From Antedon mediterranea (taxonomy: Eukaryota; Animalia; Echinodermata): 64,000 nt of DNA. Below the pieces are notes generated by a model. The model had not been told where the DNA came from and searched no databases. It was given only the letters and a program-made list of their open reading frames with translations. The translations under genes were made by a program, and so were the position numbers. Below are positions 36,751 to 47,300 of the stretch, one piece after another (the stretch's first letter is position 1; each line of letters starts with the position of its first letter). The stretch is taken from assembly GCF_964355755.1 (NCBI RefSeq), contig NC_092676.1, positions 20,044,871 through 20,108,870 of the forward strand, in the 5' to 3' direction.

Positions 36751-39700
36751 GTAATAATAACAATAGTTTTAAAATAAGGTAACAGATAAAGATAATAGAA
36801 TAATGTACCCTTTTCTTTGATTCAGATTTTCATGGTTTACTCCGGAAAACACCAATTGAAATTTTCCAGCTTAACATTGGTTTATACTGCAACCAGGCAT
36901 GCAACCATTGTCATGTGGAATCATCTCCAAAGAGGAAAGAGATGATGAACTATCAGACAGCAGAGAGGTGCTTAGAGGTCCTTAGCAACAGTCCATCCGT
37001 TCACACTGTTGATATCACAGGTGTGTAACATATACCCTTTTCACATCTGCATATTAAACATAACACTTGTAAAAAGTTGTAACCATACAACTTGTAACAA
37101 GTTTGATCTCCTGATTTATTTTATGTTTTCACACATGTATACTGTACATGAACTGTGTGAAATTGCAGGAGAAAAGCATAGTTGCACACTACAGTATTTG
37201 ATTACTATGGTTGGTCATATGCATGCGCAGTAACAACTCAGGCCTCTCATCAGTGTGTTTTCTCCCAAGATTTCAAAGGGGTTCCCTGTGAAATCTCAGG
37301 AGATTTTCCACAAAATTTTATTCACACTTTGCAAACCACACATTTGCAAAGGTGAGAAGGGTAATAGATTCAACAAATCTGTATTTACCATTCATATTTA
37401 GGGTAAGGGAAATACTGAAAATATCCTATCTAAAGTGAACACCACCGCATCACTTAAAATCTTTAAAAATCTATTGACTTAAATGATAAACTTGTTAATC
37501 AATAATGGTACAGTATTAAAAAGTAATTTGATGATGATCGAGCGGTTCTTGTAAAGTGCTTTGATTTTGTAAAGACACTATAGAAATGATTGAAGACACA
37601 TTTTTTATTTTAGGTGGTGCTCCAGAATTGTGCAGTGAATTTCGTTTTATTACTCAGAAATCAAGTGAACTTGGTCTTAATGTGATTGACAGGTGCAACT
37701 TGACAGCCCTCTTAGAACCTGGCCAAGAAGACACAGCTAAATTTCTTGCAGATAACCAAGTCATTGTTATTGCTTCTCTGCCATGTTACAGGTACAGTAC
37801 TTCTGAACATCTTTTTCTCGTCTTTTTGTATTTGTTATCGTTCCAGTTTTTTAAGTGTTGAGGGCCTCATGCTTGTCAGCCCCGGCTGTTTTGAGTCACC
37901 CTCATTAAACAAAGTTTAATAATAAAAAAATAAAGAAATTTTAATTTCTATTAATCATAAAAAATCATTAAACATTACTTTTAATATACTATAAATGTCT
38001 CTAGAATGTGACCTACTATACATTCTATTCCTATATGACAAAAATACATTTATTTTCAGTGCAAAGAACGTAAATCTACAACGAGGCGCTGGTGTTTTTA
38101 ACAAAAGCATACAGGGTCTACTGTTACTTAATAGCCTTGGATATGGCAAGCCAGGCTCACCACTTCAACTGCATCTAGTCTACAACCCATTAGGTACATT
38201 GGCAACAACAGTTACATTCTTTATTTATAAGCTACATGTGGGCATGGGTTCGAGCCTACTGTATCTGTACAATACTAATTGCATCCTTGGGCAAGATCCT
38301 TTATGCTCATTGCCTAATCCTTTGGATGGGATGTAAAGCCACTGGTCCCGTGTACATATAGTGTATGTTAAAGAGCTTTTCAAAAAGAGTAGGGAATCAT
38401 TTCCTGCTCCACTGCTGGCTGCCGTGTGTCTGTGGGGGCCTAATCTAATTTCCCCATGTTTCCAGTTAAGCTTGAGGACCAGAACATTTAATATATGTGT
38501 TGATATGTAGTGGCGGAGTAGCTCAGTAGTTTAAGGTCCGGAGTAATTTCTTGGACTGTCACACTATTAATAACGCACAGGGTTGGTTTACTATCTGTAA
38601 ATGGATAATCAACTTGCTGATAACACAAAAATAACATTTTTCCAACAAAACTATTATATACTATTATAAAGAAATTAACATAATTTCACTTTTCTCTGAT
38701 ATTACAGGTGCATTTTTAGCCCCTCCACAAGCTGACCTAGAAGTAAAATACAAAGAGGAATTGTGGGATAACTTTGGTATTGAGTTTAACAACCTTTTTA
38801 CAATTACAAATATGCCGGTTAAACGGTTTGCAGATTTTCTCTACAGAAGGTAATGTTCTACCTGTTGCATACATACAGCATATAAAATGTGACAAAAATT
38901 AAGCGGTTATAGCAGGGGCATGTACAGTAATTGTAAGAGCAATATAAATATCAATCCATTATCCAACAATATTTTTACTGACTGCTGATATATATAAATG
39001 ATCCATTATTTTATGAATTATAAATTGGTCAACCTTATTAGGACTACTGTACTAGATTTTTCAACGATTCTTTTCTAAATTCATATTTAAGGAACGAACT
39101 AAAAGATTACATGCACTTACTGGTACGCAACTTCAACAGCCAAAGTATGGAAGGCTTAATGTGTCGAAATTATGTCAACATTAACTGGGATGGAAAGTTA
39201 TTTGATTGTGATTTTAATCAGCAACTTGATATGCCCATGAGAAGTCCTAAAAATCAAAGTAAGTTTGTTTTAGCACATGACATTTAATGTACACAACACT
39301 GGCAGAAATCTTTGTCATTCATCTATGTCCTTGCCTCGACTATTCCAACCAAGAACACGCAGACATACATTTGCTGAATGGTCATTCTCTTGCACAGCTC
39401 CATCCTTATGGATGCTCTTCCTTAATCAATCAACGACGCTAACTCTATTCACATATCTTTGGCATAGCATATGAAATTACGTAATTTCTACCTAGTTCGA
39501 GTCTTGTGGTTGTAGTGCTTTAGTTAGAGAAAATTTATTTGGTTAGGCCCTATACAAAAGACAATTATTATTATTATTATGATTGTCATTATAAATAGTC
39601 ATTTTCGATTAAGATCAGTTCTAAATGCAACTTGATTCAATTTACCCAATGTTTGATAGGTAATGAAGCACAGTCTAGTAGAGAGCCTTCCATATGGGAC

Positions 39701-39805
39701 ATCAACTCAACATCAGACATTGAAGATCTACGTATTGTGACAGACAGTCACTGCTTTGGCTGCACCGCTGGTTTGGGATCAAGTTGTCAAGGAACGACCG
39801 TGTAA
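26324..39805 (+). CDS. arsS: Radical SAM / Cys-rich C-terminal domain protein of the ArsS (DUF3641) family, 8 coding exons, ~461 aa
   Basis: Exons: 26324-26551, 27623-27818, 36826-37020, 37614-37791, 38060-38193, 38708-38849, 39092-39258, 39660-39805; total 1386 nt, phases consistent. Motifs: QLNIGLYCNQACNHCHVESSP (CxxxCxxC), VDITGGAPEL, VIDRCNLT, IASLPCY, QRGAGVFNKSI, LVYNPLG, FTITNMPVKRF, LMCR, WDGKLFDCDFNQQL, C-terminal HCFGCTAGLGSSCQG. AATAAA near 39909. Confidence 0.9.
26981..27040. repeat. 17-bp tandem repeat x3.5
   Basis: GGTCTAATCCCACTTCT repeated. Confidence 0.9.
27234..27577. repeat. 49-bp minisatellite x7
   Basis: TTTTGTGTTCTAGTGGGGTGGGATTATACCAGGGATATACAATATATGA, near-identical copies with no spacers. 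Confidence 0.95.
27926..27991. mobile_element. MITE family A, left half (right half at 36466-36561), split by the Gypsy insertion
   Basis: Joining 27926-27991 to 36470-36561 restores a complete copy. Confidence 0.85.
27992..28578 (-). repeat. 3' LTR (587 bp)
   Basis: Direct repeat of 35867-36465; AATAAA on minus at 28073-28068; octamer ATGCAAAT at 28244-28237; adjacent to the PPT. Confidence 0.96.
28579..28592 (-). other. Polypurine tract
   Basis: Minus strand GGGAAACAGAGGGA, preceded by an A-run, directly abutting the 3' LTR. Confidence 0.85.
29483..34198 (-). CDS. pol: Pol polyprotein (protease, RT, RNase H, integrase), expressed by -1 frameshift from gag
   Basis: 1537-aa ORF whose frame stays open upstream to the end of gag. 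Protease LFDSGS; RT IDLKSAFH, LAQGL, HHDD; RNase H LYSDTS...YSVTELEL...DHSA; integrase HHCC (H-x6-H...CLRC), D-D-E (SLDFK, ISDAA, QVERH) and GPY/F-like WVGPL. Confidence 0.96.
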   Translation of the reverse strand, partial: GFLKRGLDAAYNLAPHTKYDNFKAKYLGNSDNIDLLLNDRNYVKGNLPDGRNVLTLFDSGSTRTIISQSYVNSSLYLSRLKPVKVNTTKFRLGNGDFLYANHLVQFELFIQGHKFKISALIVKNLTGIDLILGTETLSELDGTLNFKENTFRIRPKIFSFRPVHKIFLKPGDTKTVKLKGRVPAFVRNSDVVLHATTHISKLCPSDMLVKLHRGETNIDITNNTNRNVSLNTHQPIASLHLTNLVTVTNDLPIDRIKLTNDNANKYPHLERTDPLLTLTEEEIIRKQVDLTDSVLTHREKEDLYKTLQQNRNAFSLYGELSSCPNFKADIHLSNDEPFFIRPYFATDKDKHVIEAELNKLVKLGILAVGHQSYTSPVLLVSKKNSKDKRVVTDFRYLNSRIKRINHPFPLLAETLKTIGNANAQILSVIDLKSAFHCVPLAEHAQQYTGIASYHGGKHYFYKRLAQGLNVSPGIFQAKIDEILNEIPNSREFCIAHHDDIILFSQDKFAHKQHLVSVLQALQLNGFRICPKKCKLFKNKVQYMGHTILINSSGHACITPLGDRCAAIRNLPVPRTHKETKRFIGAVNYVSHFFPQIQSILRPLHTLASKRRKFCWSTDHQKAFDEIKQLMVKPPTLQMPRKEGRFTLYSDTSRTATGSYLTQTVNGKEHIIGYYSKILPQACQRYSVTELELFGLYINVSAFRHLLKGCEFDAFVDHSAIVQIWNSKDQPCTPRLQKLILRLSGYIFQIGYKKGTELVLADFLSRAPRDDDSEIDQVVPIAFNITETESLNPITNTFTSRPVTRSYAKKMGINIPDLHKPKPKQTPVINQNPVTTNTRPTPQPTATPQIITRQQTNAHRSPPIITPPIVTPPPIRNVNIRQPPEERLVDKNKQSKDTTHRNVPVELYTSPKPLVPNITEFKSAHIPKQQDLDRLMDVIQRKIIRDYNLPVDVKQFRVEQETSPFFKPVYDYLAHDILPADKKAARAVQNKSEQYILCNGLLFRLFFQDKGGEFVLQLAVPENLAETIISQYHDNLLSSHQGTMRTYLTIRKLFYMPLMFEKVNNYTQACLRCQQFRPKTDKLRPLHDRVPATYRPFHTLSLDFKSMPTSPSGFKHIMVVCDEITRFLICVPLKSIDAETICEALIQKVISIFGPPSRLISDAATSLTGKLLTLLCNTLNIDRKIISVHNHGSLQVERHIRTVSDLLKVNLNQFGTDWVRFVSTTCYAYNSFTSPHLGNHSPYELVFGRQPPSLTSLAFNPISGLSHSYEEYFEHLKKKFQNISQTMLQLQRTQQNVQNSKISQRLEKSPIYSVGQLVHLYKPTSSSLTANSKKIAAEWVGPLVIHEVLDRTHYILATIKGEILRDVFNYNRLKPCFMRTPKERKNFTHLQKLKQLLNEPTDDNNDKIQNTINVVNDETNVEFIDEHDRTPAQLQSDTLTHPTKVEPLNLQPYIDCVENNMGLAAPFQMKEEQIKEQTNLIMTAPNDSNMTLNRGRFKAGHFQVLVSYSKPTSAKRNTDKTKHESNDRKFWWNIDRYNDTDKLIKEIIKDKQIPISGSPKRFIKRLYNATSY
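34154..34198 (-). other. -1 programmed ribosomal frameshift signal
   Basis: Slippery G_GAU_UUU (34198-34192) immediately before the gag UAA, a 6-nt spacer, then hairpin GGGGACUAGAU...AUCUGGCCCCC (34185-34154). Pol is in the -1 frame. Confidence 0.8.
34189..35154 (-). CDS. gag: Gag (321 aa) with CCHC zinc knuckle
   Basis: ATG-initiated ORF upstream of pol; capsid-like LQGQARLW...LKTQFINRF, RS/P-rich segment, and CYYCGKPGHIARHC. Confidence 0.94.
   Translation of the reverse strand: MVDVVDNEVILNEPVNPHPVPHLRQTDFLPKRYDGSITDHDQCSAHYLSFTDYLEAHTLGNPVNNAQLINVISIFKRSLQGQARLWIEGKQFDSLESLKTQFINRFSKNKSIYAHIREYDSITYTTGDNAEKHLTKIKQAADRIGYADQQIKNKFISTLPPKCRAAVAMSTPIDATIENIVNSTQNYLDLSVDDATREVSFNINKETDRPNSLESLQHEINSLKLDMATTKRSLNDDTRRSRSPTRNYIPRRNRSPSPYKPRFQTPPTPRYRQPPPTCYYCGKPGHIARHCRQQNRSYGNYPPPCPYQQSNNYYPSHQQDF
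35532..35736. repeat. ~103-bp tandem duplication in the retrotransposon leader
   Basis: gtcttcctcgattatc...aatttcagcttgtcttttg occurs twice in tandem; shorter imperfect repeats (ttcaaacaacgaattaaa...) lie at ~35280-35430. Confidence 0.8.
35854..35866 (-). other. Primer-binding site
   Basis: Minus strand TGGTGGAAGACCC directly after the 5' LTR; TGG complements tRNA CCA. Cognate tRNA not determined (the TGGTGGA start is compatible with tRNA-Ala). Confidence 0.7.
35867..36465 (-). repeat. 5' LTR (599 bp)
   Basis: Direct repeat of 27992-28578; 36077-36465 is identical by eye to 28190-28578. Confidence 0.96.
39340..39580 (+). mobile_element. Degenerate L2/CR1-type LINE 3' fragment
   Basis: Translates to PRT...SFSCTAPSLW (typical ORF2 end, FSxxAPxLWN) followed by an (att)n tail. 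Confidence 0.5.
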
Positions 39806-40411
39806 TCAACAGAATTATTTGTTTGATTCATTAATAGCACAAACAAACATTTCAATGTTAAAAGGTGTGACAATAGATATCCAGTCAATATGAGTAAATT
39901 CAGAAATCAATAAAAACTGGGGTACAAAGTGTTGATATGAAAAAATACTAAATTTATTTCATAAAATTAATTTTACCACATTTATATATATTCAGCATTT
40001 TATAAAGTTTTAAAATTATCTTTCAAACAGATGTTAGTTAGAGGGCAAACCCTGATGCCATGCTAAGAATTGCGTGTTTGTTGTTTTTGTTTGTGCGTGA
40101 TTTTCCTGTATGGTATCAAAATCTATGTCAGATCATAGTATTTTAAACAGAAATGTAACGAAGGTCGATTTTAATGATATCATTTAATTAAACTAAGTTT
40201 TTAAATTACTAAATTTTATAAGAATAATTGTTTTGTGATTGTTTTTGATATTGCACAGTACTTGCATAAAATACATAATAGTATTTTAGAGGAAAATAAA
40301 TAAATTACCAAAGACTAGCAAAATGAATATGTTATAGTATACAGTACTTGTATTTATCAGGATGTGATGCATACAGTATATACTGCAATCAAGTCTATAA
40401 TGTGGTCGACA

Positions 40412-40489
40412 AGTCAGTATGTTAGAGGGACGTTGAATAACTAATAAGTCGTCAGTATGTTAGAGGGACGTTGAATAACTAATAAGTCT
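40412..40489. repeat. 39-bp tandem duplication
   Basis: gtcagtatgttagagggacgttgaataactaataagtc occurs twice in tandem. Confidence 0.85.
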
Positions 40490-43183
40490 AAGTCTTTCAT
40501 GGTAATCAGTACTTCATTATTATGTTGCAATCAGGTTTTAGTACTGTATTATATTTAGTATATAAAAATAGCACAATCAATGATAATCTTGAAGGGCGAC
40601 AGAGACGGATGTAGGAGCACCAACATACAATATGGTAATGTTCAAGATAGATATCAACAAGAACAAGTAGTTCATAGGATTCATTTTAACTCTAAAAAGA
40701 GGGATAACACACCCCTAGTGCATATCTATCTATACCTGTCAAAGTACATCATTTTCACTGGCCACTTAAGGCCATACTAGTCTAGAACAGTTTGCCTACA
40801 GGGTTAGCATGGAAGGAATGGTATCTGAAACTGAGCTAAAATGAGTGAATTTATACTGTGGTCAAATACAGTATAGCATATGGGGTCCGTGCAAAAATTT
40901 TATTAAAAACAGTTCATTATTATTAAAGCACAATTCAAAATTTTGATAATTTTTTATATAATTTTTTAGTATTATATTGTATTGTATAAACGTTTGTTTT
41001 AATGTTTAGGTAAAGGTATACAAAGAGTACTGAAAGGTTACAGTACTATTCAAATATTATAGTATGTTAATATTACAAAACATAGGTACTTACATACTAC
41101 ACAATGCACTAAATAATTTCACATGTTACTACAGCTAAAGACACTGATGTGTAAAATGGTTAGTACTGGTGTAATAAAAAATAATCTTATTAAAGGTTTT
41201 AGTAATGCAATGTACATGAGTATTAAATGATTGAACAACGGCAGAAAATAAAATATAAAATTGAGACAATTTCTTGGGTTTTCTTTATTAATAATTCCTG
41301 AATAATGACGTGATTCATGATATAATATGGTTCATGACATGATCTAAATATTACAAATAATTTGGGAATGTCAAAGGTCAAGAGAGAGGTTTTCAAACAT
41401 TTTACCACAGCACTACAATACTGGTGACTTAACAAAGATTGTTATTGGTTAGTTCTTTCATAGTGCATTGTGGGATGCAGTGGTATCATGTTTATGATGT
41501 TACAGTCCTCAAAATGCACCTCTCTTTCGACCTTAAACATTTTGTTGTCATTTCAATCGAACGTGGCAAATGTCAAAATTGATGAAATGTGACCACTGTA
41601 GAGGTGACAATTGCGCATTTTGTGACAATCAAATCAAATGTCACATATGACATTTATTAATTGTCACACACAAATGCAATCAATAATAACAATTATACAT
41701 TGTATATATTAAACAAATGTGACCACTGTTAAATTGTGACAATCCATTATGACCAAATGTGACAATCGATTGAATATGACAATCTCATGTAAAAGCTATT
41801 TGAACAAATACCTTGAATAAATGTATTTAATATATATAAAATGGACATAATCTAATGTTTACAGTTGAGGGAAGTTCATTCATCCAGATTTATGTTTCTC
41901 TGGCTTTTGAACCAGCTTACTCAAAATCCTACAATGGTCAAATATTTACATTTGAAATTCAAAATCTATAGAAACTATAATGCTGTATATCCATTCCCAA
42001 ACCGTACAAACATGCATAATATCCAGAATTAAAATCTTTCTTTTTCTATAAAATCAGATATTTCTTACAAACACAAGAACATGTTTATTATTTTTTTCTC
42101 ATTTGAAAACGAAAAGTAATTGATAGAAAAATATTCAGCATCCTCAGTTTTTAGAAAAGATACAAGACTAGAATTTTTGACATAGACTATGAAAAGGTAT
42201 CAAATGGATAAAATAGAAGTTTTATTTATTACTGCAAGCAATAAAGATAAGTTCTTTAAATCGGTTTGCTCCATCCCTAGCACCTCTGTATGGAATTTTA
42301 TTTATTTTTTTATTATATTTTCTAAACTATATTCTCATGCATATCTGTCCCTAAACTTGTAGCACAACTTAAAATGATGATATAATATACCATCTGTTAA
42401 AACTCAAATAAAATGTTATAATTATTAAGGCAAGCTTTCCAAAATGAATAACTGTTTCACAATTGACATACACATAAATTATGATAATCACATCAAAATG
42501 ATAGAACCATTGATTCCGTGTTGAAATTGATAAATGACAGTTAAAAATGACTTATTTTTAAAATGTTTTAATTTGGTGTTTAATATAAGTAGTATATTTA
42601 TCTTAATCGTAATTCACACACATACACACTATGCATTCCTCCAATATCGCACCACGCAGAAAAAAAAGCAAAATACCCTGTTTAAGAGTTTAATAAAGTC
42701 AAAAACGTTCCACTTCTCCAACTAAATAATTCCCCCACCCCCGCCCCACATAAACATGCAAACAAAGAAAGTTTTATATACATTGTAGTGTACAGTTTAA
42801 CAGAAGATAACGGTAGTTTTTGTTTATGCGTATTCGCCTTGCTCACGTATTTTCTTATACAGTATCATGGCGAAAACCATACCGAGGATCTGTAATGAAA
42901 CAAAAACTTGATTTTAAATACAGTTTGATTTTTGTAAGGCGCATAAAAAATAGCAGTAACTTTTGACCAGTGTGACATGAAATATACTGAATAGTCAACT
43001 CAGGCATCTAGAAAAAAAAACCAGGACCTCTCCTAAAACATGAAGGAACCAAAAACTAGACATCTAGTATTAAACTCTTCCACCAAGAAACTTGGAAGCA
43101 CAGCAGGAACTCCACTAGGTTTGAGAACTCAAAATGGTAAAATTTGAAGTTTGGGTACACTCACTATTAATCCAAAAACCAAA

Positions 43184-43445
43184 AAGTATGGGAACTTCAC
43201 TAAGTATGGGCACTCTACCAGGAACCCCAAATGTATGGGAACTCTCTCTAAAAAAAAACACCCAGATTCCCAGAAGTATGGGAACTCTCTCTAAAAAAAA
43301 CACCCAGATTCCCAGAAGTATGGGAACTCTCTCTAAAAAAAACACCAAGATTCCCAGAAGTATGGGAACTCTCTCTAAAAAAAACACCCAGATTCCCAGA
43401 AGTATGGGAACTCTATCAAGGAATTCAAAAAGTGTGGGAACTCTT
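43184..43445. repeat. 42-bp minisatellite x~4 with degenerate flanking units
   Basis: AGAAGTATGGGAACTCTCTCTAAAAAAAACACCCAGATTCCC repeated. Confidence 0.9.
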
Positions 43446-43984
43446 TCAGGAAATAGGACTTCGCCCAAAACAAACAAAATCATCAAAACTATACGTAGTG
43501 TACCATAAACTTTATATCAACACATTTATTCAGTTAAGAATACTGGGACCCTCATTAGAATTCTCACAAGATCTTGATTTCTTTAAGATCCACCAGACTT
43601 TCTGGAAAAGTGTTAATTTTCTTGGTTTAAAGAGTTGACTATTCAATATATGAAAACAAATGTACTAATTGAGTGGAAACAAACAATGAGTATTTCATGT
43701 CAAGTTGGCCAATAGTTTACAACCATGGAAGAATGATGCAACACAATATAGCAGGCTGATCATATCTTTCTTTTTTAGATACCATGCAACTTTGATTGAT
43801 AAGTAATTAAAACACATTCAATCTCAAAACATTCTGTTCTAACTAATGCAATTTTATAGAAAATATTGTCACTTCTCGTATAGTACGGTACTTTTAGGAA
43901 TTGTACAATATTGTGTAAAAGTACAGTATAAAGTCTCTTATATAGTAAAGTACAAATAGGATACAAATAAAAATATCGACTTTA

Positions 43985-44132
43985 CCTCTGTCTACACTAT
44001 CAAACTTGTTTGACCAAAAAAGTGTGATGTGCCCAAATATTAGTGATATGCCCAAATATGGTACCGATATGATATTATCATGTTCATATATGGGCTTATC
44101 ACATTGTTTTGTTTGATAATGTAGACAGAGCT
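43985..44132. mobile_element. MITE family A copy
   Basis: Same TIRs and internal sequence; lies just downstream of the tetraspanin stop. Confidence 0.8.
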
Positions 44133-44313
44133 TTAGACATTTACATGAATATGCAGTAAACAGAAAAATAAAGAGAAAATGCATGTCATGAGTTATGTAT
44201 CATGCGTCAGAGATTGGGGATATATTTATTCATGCAATTGATGGCAAGACATCATGCACATTGCTAGGCTCACATTACTGTATGAAATGATTTGGTAGAC
44301 AGCAGGACAGTGT

Positions 44314-47300
44314 CTACTGCTCCTCTCCCTTCACTTGGTAGTATAATACTAATGAGAGGGCTAAACCAATGATCTGTGGAGTAGTATTAAGTTTATACAA
44401 AATGTTATAGCATCATGCTCTTTAAGTGATGAATTATGTTTGCCATGGTAGTGCGGTAGAAACAATTAAATATGATGAAAATACAAATACGTATGGATGT
44501 TTTATGCATTTTATTTAATTTTTTGTGTCCTAAGGACGTTTGTTATTTTTACAGAATTCTTTTTCACTCAAGCTCCTGTGAATTCTGTTCCAGTGAGCTC
44601 TCATATGGGAGCTTCAACGTGCTCGAGAACAGAGCAATGTAAATGGTTTTTCTGCTTCTTCGTAATTTGTTGGTTATCTTAGGATATTTTATAGAACATT
44701 TTTTTGTGTAAAGCGCTTATATATGACTATTATTATTATTAAACCTTCCATTCTCTAGCAGAGTTACATTTCATCTATATAGCTTGTTCTGCATTCAAAC
44801 ACAAACGTTACATTTACTATTTTGGTAATCCGGTGGGAAGGTATTCCTTCCTATGTACGCTTAATTCTAGAGTGAACGAAACAAATTTTACAATTGCATA
44901 GGACTGCATCTATTGCTATTGTTAATGTGCTAGCATCAAGTATTCACGGGTTTATATTCTAAGTGCACAAAAAAAATATAAGTACTATATTTAACGATCT
45001 TTAAATAGTGTGTACTATTCCACGCCATGTGACCCACAATCATCCAATCAAAAGACAGGATTTTATTTAGGTGTTATATAATATAATATATATATAGTTG
45101 GTTCATTTTTACTGCGACTGTTGTATACAGTGTTTCAAAATGAAGTTTATTTCATGGTTGGAATGTGTTCTTACCTGGAAAAGACCAATTGCAATACCGA
45201 TGGCTCCAATCTGGTACAAGTATTTTGAAAAATCATCCTTTAGCGCATCTTTACAACCCTTGAATATTGAAAATAGTATTAAATTGATTTAATATATTTA
45301 CAGTACATCTTTGATTTAAAACAACAATTAGAAATCCATTTTTTAATTGGTATGTTTCTTGTTGTCCAAACCTGACTGAAGAAACCATGGATTTTGGTTT
45401 AGAGTAAAACATTATAAAATAACTTGTAAAATTACCCCCAGCCATCAGCACAAGCTCAGTTGTCTAGAGGTATGAACTCTAGGCTAGTGATCTGGAGGTC
45501 GTGGGTTCGAGCCTCACTCGAATATTCTCAAAGTACTTAGTATAAAGTACAAATTATGTCAAGAGTAGGGCAAAATAAAATAAGCCTATACTTACTTTAG
45601 TATAGACATTTGGCATTCTTTGCAATAAAACGCCATTTCCGCAGTTTTCAGTATTATCATCTCCCATACAACAACTTGGAGGTACACTGTTCATGTTTCC
45701 GTACAATGTAGTATTTCCCCAGTCGGTGAAGTTGTTAACGCCACAACATTTCTCCTGTAAATGAAAAAATCATTAACATTATATTATAATATATATGAAC
45801 TAGATTACTTGCACAGATGAAGGGCTAGTGTTGCCGAAAGCTGTTTTACTTTATCATTTTGATTTAGCTTTTTGCTTTATTTTGTATCTCCATCGAGATC
45901 CAGCCACAGCATTGTAATTTTTTCAGTAATTTGTCTTTAGATTACTGTAATATTCTTGCTTTAAAATCGTTTAGAAAGAATCAAAATGTAAGACTGGAAC
46001 AGAAACCTAATGACGCCAACATCCCTCATTAAACACGCAATCAAAATAGCATTACTCTCTCGATCCTCTACTTTAACAATTGTTTATATTTAAACGATTT
46101 GTCAGGCAGGCTAAGCAAAACAGAAAGTCTACCCTTCAAAAACAATGTGTACAATAAATTCTAAAATCATACATCAAGACAGCAATCAGCAAATTCAACT
46201 AAAATACAAAATTCATTTTTAAACTTTCTTGTATACCTGTATAACTGACCTTTTATCTTGGTAGTATTTCAACTACAATATAATATATTTTTATTATATT
46301 TTGTAAATATTTTTGCTGGTCTGTGAGAGAATACTTTAACATAGAAGACTAATTACAGAGGAATGTCAATAAACCAACTGTCACTTTTATACAGAGATAC
46401 ATAGTATAACCATAGAGATATTATAGTTCCCTTAGGTTCAGACCTAGGTTCGAATCCAGCTCTCGCCGCATTGCTTGTATCCGTAGGCAAGATACTTTAC
46501 TTACGTTGCCTCTCTCCACCCAGGTGTATAAATGGGTACCCAGTTAGATCTAGACACAACTGCGCTGGTTACCGGCTGCATTATGGGAGTATGTTTCCAT
46601 ACGTGTTTGATCCCAAAAAATACTGGGGTAATAATGCTTGTAAAGCGCCTTTGAGCATGATTACTCATGAAAAGGGCGCTATATAAATCTGGTATTATTA
46701 TTATATTATATATATAATATCTCTATGGTATAACAAAATATCAAGCAATTTGACAAATAAAGCATATGCTTGTATAATTTAAAAATCAATTTATATACAT
46801 CCACAGGACAACCAAAAATGTCTTCCCTTAGAAAACAGTAAATATTCCATATGCAGCAATAAAGTTTTTATTTGCATGTTCCAACACATGCAATTGACTA
46901 GAGTCCAGGTGTTTGACCGTGCAGTTTACTAGAGTCCAGGTGTTGACCGTGCATTTCTAATTGAATGTCAGTACTTTTTTCCAAAACCGAGGGTGTACTG
47001 TACTTAGGACAGTCATTGACATTGTTTTGCTTCAAATATTTGTTTATATTTGATGGAAACTACTTGAACTACAACCAATAATAAACACTGTGCCAGTATG
47101 GCTGTTTATGTCACGTACGGCGCTCCATACGAGGGAACTCGTTGTTGTTGTTCCCCCATACGAATGCCACTGTTTGCTTTGTTAATAAGGTTACATTATT
47201 GTTATACCTCAAGTATTGGTTATTCAGTTGTATTATCTGTGTGAGTATTGTCTATATTATTACCAAGTTGGCGTGGTGGCAGTGGTGGGAGACAAAAATC

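Noticed and set aside
36826-39805. arsS-like sequence as bacterial contamination or cargo of the retrotransposon
   Set aside because: The gene has seven spliceosomal introns and lies outside the LTRs on both sides.
43115-43508. 123/124-aa repetitive ORFs on both strands
   Set aside because: Artefact of a stop-free 42-bp (14-codon) tandem repeat; no splice or homology support.
45450-45520. tRNA-like sequence (also ~20293-20360, ~14325-14400, ~59500-59570)
   Set aside because: A/B boxes are present but there is no complete cloverleaf; best explained as SINE heads.
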